From an uncultured virus (IMG/VR IMGVR_UViG_3300045738_001030) (taxonomy: Duplodnaviria; Heunggongvirae; Uroviricota; Caudoviricetes): 64,000 nucleotides of DNA. This document shows positions 8,501-16,400 of the stretch, in pieces; position 1 is the first letter of the stretch, and each line of letters starts with the position of its first letter. The stretch lies in IMG/VR virus record IMGVR_UViG_3300045738_001030; one strand, 5' to 3'. A program made the position numbers and the translations under genes. A model generated the notes under the pieces. The model was not told the origin of the DNA. It did no database searches and saw nothing but the letters and a program-made list of their open reading frames with translations.

Positions 8501-9940
8501 CAACTCCGTGCGGCTGGTGTTAATGTCAAGAGAGAGGGTACTCAAACTCATATCATGGCTCTAACAGACAAGGATGTTAACCAGTTGGCGGGTACCAGAA
8601 ACTTGGTGAACGCTAGTGGGGTTGATTGGAATAAAGGACTTGAGCCAATTCGGGGCGGCCTTTTTGATCCGGCTATGACTGGCGGACACAATGGTGATCG
8701 TTGGACAGCGATTAAATTTGCTGAGCCAATGCCTAATCCTGTTATGGAAGAGCCTATTCGACGTCTGTTAGGAATTACGCAAAAAGACTTTCAGGATGTT
8801 ATTGCGGGTAGTCAGGAGTTAACCGGGTTTGGGTCAGGCCCGAAAGCTATTAGTAAGGCCCTTTCTTCTATTAACATAGATAAAGCATTAGCTCAGACGC
8901 GTGCTGTTATCAAGATGGGTAAGAGTACGGAGCGGGATCAGGCTATCCGGAAACTGGGTTACTTGAAAAGTGCCAAGAGATTAGGCATTGAGCCCAAAGA
9001 TTGGATACTAAAACGTGCCCCTGTTCTACCTCCGTCATTTCGTCCTGTTAATATGATGAGTAGCGGTGTACCGCTTATTAACGACGCGAATTATCTTTAC
9101 AAGGAGTTGTTTGAGGCCAATAAGAACCTTACAAGTATGCAGGAGTTAGTCGGAGATGACGTAGGAGAGGAGCGTCTGGCGGTCTACAACGCATTCAAAG
9201 CGGTGACAGGTCTCGGAGACCCCATCAGTCAAAAGTCGCAGGAGCGGGGCATACGGGGTATTCTAAAGGACGTATTTGGTACAAGCCCCAAGTTTGGGAC
9301 GGTACAGCGTAAGCTTATCTCCACTACAGTGGATAATGTGGGGCGTGCGGTCATTTCGCCTAATCCCAATTTGGACATGGATAGCGTGGGATTACCGGAG
9401 GATAAAGCGTTTGACGTCTATCAAAAGTTCATCGTTCGTCGGCTGAAACGTAAAGGAATGTCAATTCGTCAGGCGATGCAGCATATTCGGGACAGATCGG
9501 AACTTGCCAGAGAGACTTTGCTATCGGAAATGGAGCATCGTCCCGTTATCATTAATCGTGCCCCTGTTTTGCACAAATTTGGTATTATGGCTTTCAGGCC
9601 GCAACTCACAAAAGGAGATACTTTGCAGGTGTCGCCTTTGATTGTTAGCGGGTTTGGTGCTGACTTTGACGGGGATGCGATGAATTATCATGTTCCCACT
9701 ACGGAGGGAGCACGAAAAGAAGCATTTGAGAGGTTACTTCCAAGCAGGAATTTATTGAGCTTAGCTGATTTTAAGCGTCCTATGCATGTTCCTAGCAACG
9801 AGTATGTGGGCGGGTTGTGGCACGCCACGAAATCAAAAAGCAAACGACCAACGAAGATTTTTAATACCATGGCTGACATGAAAGCCGCATATGCTAGTGG
9901 GGATATTTCATTAGATGACCGGGTTCAGATTTTAAACTAA
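5516..9940 (+). CDS. rpoBC: DNA-directed RNA polymerase: full beta subunit fused to N-terminal half of beta'
   Basis: Co-linear beta motifs (GTYIHRGNE, SHMGFIDPVRTPES, MGSRMLTQA, GKNFEDAIVIS, GDKLSGRYGDKG, MKLHH) then beta' motifs (GGLFD, PVLPPSFRP, GRAVI, NRAPVLH, catalytic GADFDGD at 9656-9676). Confidence 0.97.
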   Translation: MNINILSGSPTSLLTNNPAIVPEPEKEDPRSFGDINATRRNIYNRVLEAAVGVEPVSNAQYTLGLRDVHYLDSDYVTIKDQKKAILSGESRGRRLRGTWELTDNITGDVVDRKKSVLMTVPHLTGRGTYIHRGNEYTLRNQQRLRSGVFTRIKDNGEIEAHANVMPGKGLSHRYFLDPEKGVFYIRAGQAKITLMPLLKMMGATPKQLQDAWGSEIYSANYPADEASAYKKLEAKFLSVKERENEELSTREKLIAKFANMSLDPEVTRRTLGTPYEGLNLDAILDITKKLISVSRGEGSVDDRDALSFQRVMGPEDLFAERVARDYGGARRNILWKATGKGNLKSTPSSALKAQIEAALLGSGLGQALEEINPAEIYDKAYSISRMGEGGIPSLDAVPEEARSVQPSHMGFIDPVRTPESAKVGVDLYLARNVRKGRDGKIYTQFMNPKTGSKVWRSPQDIADLVVGFPDSMDRRGTRAPAMSGGKMVWARKKDIDLVLPDFEEAFSPLSNVIPMKSMIKGGRLVMGSRMLTQALPLVGAEAPLVQSAIPGTNGRRSYEQEYSNRMGSRFASKPGKVLKVDDAGITVKYIDGETETLELYNNFPFNRKTFIHQTPTLGHGDVFDKGELLARSNFTDATGTMALGLNARTAYVSWQGKNFEDAIVISESFAKRLKSEHMYQHDLEVDDKTKIGKKNYISLFPGKYDKAALSKLDENGVIEPGTTVEYGDPLVLAVGRRETAYNKVHRKGQAGHADASILWDHHDPGVVTDVELGKKGPVVVVKSYSDMQVGDKLSGRYGDKGIVADIISDDQMPHDQDGKPFEVLLSPLGIITRTNPAQMAELYLGKIAEKRGEPIKIQDFDTSKDMSQWVYDWLRREGLSDLDDIYDPTHDRKITQIATGNRFFMKLHHTAESKGQARGAGAYSAEGAPAKGGASGSKRMALLDTNALLSHGATETLQDVGAIRGQRNENYWLQFMSGVNPSNPKVPMVYRKFLNQLRAAGVNVKREGTQTHIMALTDKDVNQLAGTRNLVNASGVDWNKGLEPIRGGLFDPAMTGGHNGDRWTAIKFAEPMPNPVMEEPIRRLLGITQKDFQDVIAGSQELTGFGSGPKAISKALSSINIDKALAQTRAVIKMGKSTERDQAIRKLGYLKSAKRLGIEPKDWILKRAPVLPPSFRPVNMMSSGVPLINDANYLYKELFEANKNLTSMQELVGDDVGEERLAVYNAFKAVTGLGDPISQKSQERGIRGILKDVFGTSPKFGTVQRKLISTTVDNVGRAVISPNPNLDMDSVGLPEDKAFDVYQKFIVRRLKRKGMSIRQAMQHIRDRSELARETLLSEMEHRPVIINRAPVLHKFGIMAFRPQLTKGDTLQVSPLIVSGFGADFDGDAMNYHVPTTEGARKEAFERLLPSRNLLSLADFKRPMHVPSNEYVGGLWHATKSKSKRPTKIFNTMADMKAAYASGDISLDDRVQILN

Positions 9941-9955
9941 TCGGAGTACGTGAAA

Positions 9956-10714
9956 ATGTCATACGGAACTATTAATCCGGAACTTTTGGGTTTAGCAAAA
10001 CAGAATCTTGCCAAGGCTGCTGACGATGAGAAAGCGGCATTTGTTCAAGCGGGTGATCCTATGATGGACCCGATGGCTGCCCAAGGGGGCGGTCCCCCCA
10101 TGGACCCGATGATGGGTGGTGGTGGTCCTCCCATGGACCCGATGATGGGTGGTGGTGGTGGTCCTCCTATGCCCGGCGGTCCCCCCATGGACCCAATGAT
10201 GGGCGGTGCTCCTCCCATGGACCCCATGGCTGCTCTTCAACCCATGATCGAACAGGCTGTTCAGGCTGCTATGGCCTCTCAGGGCGGCGGCATGGGCGGT
10301 GATGGCGGCCAGATTAAACCCAAGATCGACGTTAATATCGAGATCATGCAGATCAAGAAGATCTTGGCTAAGATTTCTGACGCTTTAGGTATTCAGATAC
10401 CTGCTGCTGACATGGTTGCTACTCCAGAAGACTTGACCGCGATGGCTCAGGGTAATTCTGCTGGTGCTGGTGCTTTAGAGGGCGGAGGAGGCCCGAGTGC
10501 TATTAGTCCTCCGTCGCCGATTGATCCTATGGGAGCGGCAATGCCCGGTGCTCCGGGTGGTGGTGCTCCGGGTGGAGCACCGAAGCAAGCAGCTTGGGAG
10601 AATGGCTCAGCCGACGCGGCAATTTCCAGTCAGGTTATTACAGATAGCTTGCAGTCTACTGCAAATGTGGCTTCCGCTTGGTTGAGCATGCAATCAGCAA
10701 AGCAAGGAGGATAA
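9956..10714 (+). CDS. Gly/Pro/Met-rich low-complexity protein, putative internal head protein
   Basis: GGAG RBS; GGPPMDPMM repeats; K-x-A motifs AKAA, EKAA, PKQA (GTG at 9950 is an alternative start). Confidence 0.7.
   Translation: MSYGTINPELLGLAKQNLAKAADDEKAAFVQAGDPMMDPMAAQGGGPPMDPMMGGGGPPMDPMMGGGGGPPMPGGPPMDPMMGGAPPMDPMAALQPMIEQAVQAAMASQGGGMGGDGGQIKPKIDVNIEIMQIKKILAKISDALGIQIPAADMVATPEDLTAMAQGNSAGAGALEGGGGPSAISPPSPIDPMGAAMPGAPGGGAPGGAPKQAAWENGSADAAISSQVITDSLQSTANVASAWLSMQSAKQGG
10064..10232 (+). repeat. Imperfect coding tandem repeat (GGPPMDPM)
   Basis: Five ATGGACCCnATG units with GGT/GGC runs. Confidence 0.8.
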
Positions 10715-10717
10715 CCA

Positions 10718-10939
10718 TTGCGACTCGAAATATTACCGGCAGGCATTGGCAGTAAGCCAATTATCTTAGAGGCGACGCAGGTTGTAGTTAAGGGGGCAAA
10801 TGGAACCCCGGTGCAACTTGCAGCAGAACAAAGTCCCTCTAGTGTTTTATTGTTGTCCAACGTGGATGATGATGATTTTAATGAGGCGTTAAGGCAAATT
10901 GGGTATGACATTACCGTAATTTGTCAGGACCTAGAATAA
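10718..10939 (+). CDS. Small hypothetical protein
   Basis: AGGAGG RBS before a TTG start; fills the gap between neighbours. Confidence 0.65.
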   Translation: MRLEILPAGIGSKPIILEATQVVVKGANGTPVQLAAEQSPSSVLLLSNVDDDDFNEALRQIGYDITVICQDLE

Positions 10940-10947
10940 AATGAGGT

Positions 10948-11553
10948 GTGGTGATGACAGGTAGAGATCTATCCGCCGATAGAAAATACTATGCGTCTGG
11001 GCAGGACTCGGCACTTCAACTGGGAGTAGCTTCTTCTCCGGCTGCGCCCTCGCTTAAAACTACTACGGGTACTACTGATTCTATATCGGACGTGTCTGAT
11101 ATTTCTCGTGTGCTCGATAGTGTATGTGACCTTATTTCTACCGGAGTCACGGAAATACATGTTCCTGTCATGAGTGATTTATCACAAAAAGCTCGGGCGA
11201 ACCTTGATTTACGTGTTGGCCGTGGGGAGTTGACTACGGATCAGATAGCTGGGGTTCGTCTTGTGCTTCTTGAGCCTGTGCCTCCTGAGGAGTCTGAAGA
11301 GGAAGAATTTGAAGAAGAAAATACTGAAGCAGAGTTTGAAGATACAGACGATGTAGTGGAAGAAGCAGAGGAAGAGGAAGAGGAAGAGGAAGAGGAAGAG
11401 GAAGAGGAAGAGGAAGAGGAAGAGGAAGAGGAAGAGGAAGAGGTAGAAGACGCGACTACATCGGATGAGCTTTCAGATGCGTTAAATAGTGATGATACCC
11501 CGTCAATTGCAAGCCTGTTTGGTGCAACGGATGACGATGACGGCGACGATTAA
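10948..11553 (+). CDS. Protein with long acidic (poly-Glu) tail
   Basis: About 110-aa N-domain followed by an Asp/Glu-rich tail including an uninterrupted poly-Glu run. Confidence 0.75.
   Translation: MVMTGRDLSADRKYYASGQDSALQLGVASSPAAPSLKTTTGTTDSISDVSDISRVLDSVCDLISTGVTEIHVPVMSDLSQKARANLDLRVGRGELTTDQIAGVRLVLLEPVPPEESEEEEFEEENTEAEFEDTDDVVEEAEEEEEEEEEEEEEEEEEEEEEEEEEVEDATTSDELSDALNSDDTPSIASLFGATDDDDGDD
11368..11442 (+). repeat. Perfect (GAGGAA)n microsatellite, 12.5 units, encoding poly-Glu
   Basis: Strictly alternating GAG GAA codons over 75 nt. Confidence 0.92.
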
Positions 11554-11566
11554 ATTCTGGAATTTA
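11551..11566. promoter_or_regulatory. Palindromic intergenic element TAAATTC-TG-GAATTTA (copy 2)
   Basis: Identical to 3271-3286; lies 13 nt before the start of the beta' C-terminal gene. Confidence 0.55.
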
Positions 11567-11579
11567 GCGGGTAAGCAGG

Positions 11580-13466
11580 ATGCGAAGCGCTACCGTAGGA
11601 CAATTTCTTGTTAATGAAACGCTCCCTAAGGAATTGCGGGATTATGAGCGTATTCTTGACAAGAAAGGTATGGTTGCGTTACTGCAAGAGGTAGCGGAAA
11701 ATCATCCTGAGGAATATCGGGAGATTTCTTTTGCCTTGAATAATATTGGGCGTCAAGGTGCGCAGGAAAGCGGGAGCTTTTCTTTCGGATTGCGTCATCT
11801 TAAAACATCAAAAGCCGCAAAAGACGCAAGAAAACGTATTCAAGATCGTCTTACGAAGCTTCTAAGTGACTCTAGTTTGGATGATGCAGCTCTCTCTGAT
11901 GCTATTGTGCTTGCTGTTGGCAAGGAGATGAAGCCCCAGCAAGAGGCTATTTTACAAGAAGCCCTTGCCGAGGAAAATCCATTAGCGTTTCAGGCAACTT
12001 CTGGTGCTCGTGGTAATCCCATGAATCTTGCTAGCTTGTTGGGGAGTGACTTGCTTTATGCGGGTCACCGGGATCAGCCTTTACCTATTCCGATACTGCG
12101 TAGTTATTCGGAGGGACTTTCTCCTACGGAATACTGGGCTAGTTCGTATGGCGCACGCAAAGGAATTATGGCGGCGAAGTTTGCAACGCAGGATGCCGGA
12201 TTCCTTTCCAAACAATTAAATCAAGTGGCGCATCGTCTTGTTGTCACAGATGATGATTACCAGACGGCGCAGCGCCAGCTTAAACGTGGCGTTCCTGTGG
12301 ACACAGACGATCTTGATAACGAAGGTGCGCTGTTGGCTATGGATACGGGGCCTTACAAGAAAAACACTATTATCACTCCCAAGATTAGGAAGCATTTGAA
12401 ACGTCTTGGTAAAAAGAGAATTTTAATAAGATCTCCTATGGTAGGTGGTTCTCCGGCTGGCGGAGTCTATGCCAAGGATGTGGGAGTTCGTGAGCGGGGT
12501 AAACTTCCGGGACTTGGCGAGCAGGTAGGTCTTCAGGCTGCTCAAGCTTTAAGTGAGCCTCTAAGTCAGGCTCAGTTATCTGCCAAGCATTCGGGCGGTG
12601 TTGCCGGTGAAGAAGAGGCTGTGGGTGGTTTTAAATACATTAATCAACTTATTCAGGTTCCCAAGAAATTCAAAGGCGGTGCGGCTCATACTACGGTAGA
12701 CGGCACTGTCCAACGTATTGAGGAAGCTCCTGCCGGGGGTGATTACGTCACAATTGACGAAGTTCCTCATTACGTCGGCGAGGGCTACGACTTGAAAGTT
12801 AAAAAGGGCGACAAAGTCGAGGCTGGGGACGTTATTAGCGAGGGGTTCCCCAATCCCGCAATTATCACCAAATACAAAGGAGTCGGCGAGGGTCGCCGGT
12901 ATTTCGTAAGTGCTTACAGAGAGGCTATGGAATCCGCAGGATTGTCGCCACATCGAAGAAATATTGAATTATTGTCGCGGGGTCTTATAAACCATGTTCG
13001 TTTGACTGAGGAATATGGTGATAATGTGCCTGACGATGTAATTCCTTACTCTACTTTAGAGCATAGGTGGAAGCCGAGACCGGGAGCGAGAACGTTAACG
13101 CCAAAGAAGGCGATTGGTAAATATCTGGAACGTCCAGTTTTGCATTACACAATTGGAACTAAGGTACGTCCTTCAATGTTGAGGGATTTTCAGGACTTTG
13201 AAATCAGTGATGTGAACGTTCACGACGACCCACCTCCTTTTGAGCCGGAAATGATCAGAGGGATGTATAGTCTTCAGCATGATCCGGATTGGATGACGAG
13301 AATGTACGGTTCCGGCCTAAAGAAGAGCTTGCTGGAGGGCGCTAGGCGAGGATCTACTAGCGAGGAACGGGGAACGAGTTTTGTTCCTAGTATTTCTCGT
13401 AGTGTCGATTTCGGGAAGATTCCGGGGGGTTTGGTGAAGTCTCCGGAGGAGGTTTATGATGGGTGA
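11580..13466 (+). CDS. rpoC: DNA-directed RNA polymerase beta' C-terminal half (bridge helix, trigger loop)
   Basis: ATVGQFLVN (=TTVGRA), SGARGN, SYSEGLSPTEYWASSYGARKG, AGFLSKQLNQVA (bridge helix), AAQALSEPLSQAQLSAKHSGG (trigger loop His), HRRNIELLSR. Confidence 0.95.
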   Translation: MRSATVGQFLVNETLPKELRDYERILDKKGMVALLQEVAENHPEEYREISFALNNIGRQGAQESGSFSFGLRHLKTSKAAKDARKRIQDRLTKLLSDSSLDDAALSDAIVLAVGKEMKPQQEAILQEALAEENPLAFQATSGARGNPMNLASLLGSDLLYAGHRDQPLPIPILRSYSEGLSPTEYWASSYGARKGIMAAKFATQDAGFLSKQLNQVAHRLVVTDDDYQTAQRQLKRGVPVDTDDLDNEGALLAMDTGPYKKNTIITPKIRKHLKRLGKKRILIRSPMVGGSPAGGVYAKDVGVRERGKLPGLGEQVGLQAAQALSEPLSQAQLSAKHSGGVAGEEEAVGGFKYINQLIQVPKKFKGGAAHTTVDGTVQRIEEAPAGGDYVTIDEVPHYVGEGYDLKVKKGDKVEAGDVISEGFPNPAIITKYKGVGEGRRYFVSAYREAMESAGLSPHRRNIELLSRGLINHVRLTEEYGDNVPDDVIPYSTLEHRWKPRPGARTLTPKKAIGKYLERPVLHYTIGTKVRPSMLRDFQDFEISDVNVHDDPPPFEPEMIRGMYSLQHDPDWMTRMYGSGLKKSLLEGARRGSTSEERGTSFVPSISRSVDFGKIPGGLVKSPEEVYDG

Positions 13467-16400
13467 CCAGAATTATGAGCTTTTTCGGTCTGCTCCTCGT
13501 AGTAAGACGGCGCAACAGCAGGGCGGACTGTTAAGTTCATTTTTAGGTGATTCCTACAAGGGTGGGAATGTCTGGGATACTAAATTAGGTAAACAATTTT
13601 TGCCTATGATGGGTCCTCTGACGGCTCAAAATCCTGCTCTGGGCGGTGGTCTTTTAGCACTGGGTATGGGGCCAAAAAATTGGCAAACGTTGATGTCGCC
13701 CGGAGGTTCTGGTTCCGGTCGGATCGGGGGATTTTCGAGTTCTCAATATAAACCGGGAACGTCATTGGCTTCTTATGGGACGCCTCAGCAGCCAACACCT
13801 CAGCAGCCAGTGCCCCAGCCAGCACTTCCACGACCAACGTCACCGCAGCAGTCTCCTATGACGCGGGCTCAGGTACCAACGCCAAATGCTGCAATGTCGA
13901 TTCCTCCGTATTCTGTGCCCAGAGCATCTACTGCTCAACCTATGACTCAGTTGGACATGGTGCAGGCTGTTACTCCTCGCTCGGGTATATTTGGACGGCG
14001 CACGCAGATGCAGGGCCAGTCGCCGAGAGTTCGTGCGATTGATATAGGTCGCCAGCAGGCCGCAACGGGTCAACGTCGCACACCACTTCGTAACATAGGT
14101 CAAGCACGTCAGCAAAATGTTTTTCAGAACACGACTCGACGGGATCTTCGTCCACAACAACAAGCAATGCGACAAATGAATAGAGCCAGTCGCCCGGGGT
14201 TATTTGGTCGCCGGAAAGCTGGTTCTGTGTTGGAAAAGTATGGCTTCGTCATCTCTCCAGCCGCAGTCGACCCTGCAAATTTCATGCTTGAGCAGCCCTC
14301 AGCGCCCGCCGAGCCCAAACCCCTCGCCTATGCCCAGCTGCCTGAAGATCTGCCTGCTGAGCGTCCCATCGATGTCGTGTCCGAGTCTCCCCTCTCCGAG
14401 TCTTCCCTCGTGACTCCGCCACCGCCGCCGAAGAAACTTACTGCCGAGGAATTGGAACGTAACAAGAGGACGCAGGAGATCCAGACAAATCGTTACCTTA
14501 ACCCTAACGCTGTTCCGGGCGAGGGAGAGGGGAACTACAAAGCCCTTAGTGACGCTTATTTTAGGGCGATACAGCTGGAGCCGAATAAACTTCAAGAGGC
14601 GCTTCAAGCCCAGCGGCAGCGACGGCGACAAGAACCTCCTGAGTATATGACTGATCCTCGGGAAAGGGATTTATTCCAAATAGGCGAAGAACTGTATGGT
14701 ACTCTGCCGGACCCGGAGGAGCGGGAACACTATGACATGCTGAGGAAGATTCAGCCCGAGTATCCGCCTGATGCGGAGTGGGAAAAAGGTTACAAGCAGG
14801 ACAGCCTGACCCACGAATCTCCGGAGGTTCAACAGTGGTTGCAATATGAAAATCTTGTGAAGAATGTACAGACCGGATGGACTCAGGAGGGCTGGGAGGA
14901 ACTTGTAACGAAGGCGAGAAGAGAACACGCTCTTCGGATTGCCCGGACTGATCCTAAGTTGAGTCATCTCCTTCACAGCCCTAATTCTGCCGAGGGAATT
15001 GCTACGCTTAATTGGTTGGCACAGACCACAACCGGAGAAGAGCGTCAAAGCGGTGTCGGCCCGGACGGAAAGCCGACCGCGACAACGGAAGATTTTGTTA
15101 GATCAATGTTCCCCGCAGATGCCGAGGGGATGGCGTTTGAATGGAATGTCGGGAGACGTTATCGCAGTCAATATGTGGATGCAGAAGGTAGGTCACTCTT
15201 GCTCAGAGATGACAAGGGGGAGCCAATCCTAGATGACGATGGGCAACCGCAGCCAATTCTTGACGAGACGACAGGAGAGCCTCGACAGGGAGGTTGGATA
15301 ACTCCAAGAGGCGAGCTGGTTCAAGACATTCCAATGTCATCGAGGTCGGACATCTCGCCGGAGGATGTGGGGACATTGAGGGGCTATGATGACGAGGGGA
15401 AACCGATCTACTGGCAAGCGCACGATACTCGTAATCCGTTGGGTGGAGAAGCTCCGCTGTCTCACGATGACTTAATGCAGGCTTACATCGATGTTTATAG
15501 CGAAGTTCTAGACCCGTCACGTCTTACCGCAGATCAAAACTGGGTACCATGGGGTGGTCCAGTCCGCAGCGGTACAGGTAAAGAAGTGCAACAGACAACA
15601 ATGGATGCAGATCCACTTACTCCTTGGGTTGATATTGATAGTACGATGATTCCGTGGGGGATGTCGCTTTATAACGATATTAGGGAGCAGGGCATAAATC
15701 CTCGGAATTGGCGAGAGGGTACAAAGAGCATCTTAGATCCTAGTCGAGGTATGCCGACAGCGGGTGAGCCTTATGAAGGTGCTATTGATACGAAAAAAAG
15801 TTACGCTGGTGGCACTGGTAAGTGGGTGCCATTTACGGATGCCGAGGGAAATAAATCGATGATCTGGCAAGATCTGCGTAGTCATCCAAGTAATGAGCGG
15901 GCTCCCAACCCGGGCTGGGAGAAAATCCGAGAACGTAGCGTTAGATTCTTGGCGGGTCAAGATGTAACTAACTGGATGTTGCAGTCCCAAATGACAGGAG
16001 GAATAACGGGTATTAATCCCGGTAACATAGGGAGAAAAATATTTGGCCCCGTGGTCAATTACGGAGTGAAAGCGCCACTTAAAGAGGCGGCCAAACTGGG
16101 GTTGGCCCTCACAAAAGACGGCTGGAGGGTAGTTAATAACGTACTTTATCAATCGCAAATACACTCACGAGGCTTAGGTGCTTCCAATTTGCCGTCGGTA
16201 CCGCCGCGTGTGCCGCTGGCATCGCACGGCCCGCCCGGCAGCGCTGCTTGGAATACAACTGATTATGCGGACGATGCTTTTTCCAGAGTCAAAAATATAC
16301 CCCGTGCAGTTCAAGATGCGGTGAGAAACGCGAGTAATGTGTTTCGAACTAGCGAGGGGGCACTTTCGTGGGGTGCAACTGGGCGGTCAGCGATTAATGC

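Noticed and set aside
10064..10232. CRISPR-like repeat array
   Set aside because: Repeats are in-frame coding units with third-position variation and no unique spacers
9941..11579. Intron or intein interrupting a single beta' gene
   Set aside because: Interval holds three ORFs with their own RBS-like sites and no homing endonuclease or splicing motifs; both RNAP halves have clean ends
5516..13466. Cellular rpoB-rpoC operon (host chromosome)
   Set aside because: No ribosomal protein, nusG or tuf neighbours; zinc sites lost; surrounded by capsid and tail genes
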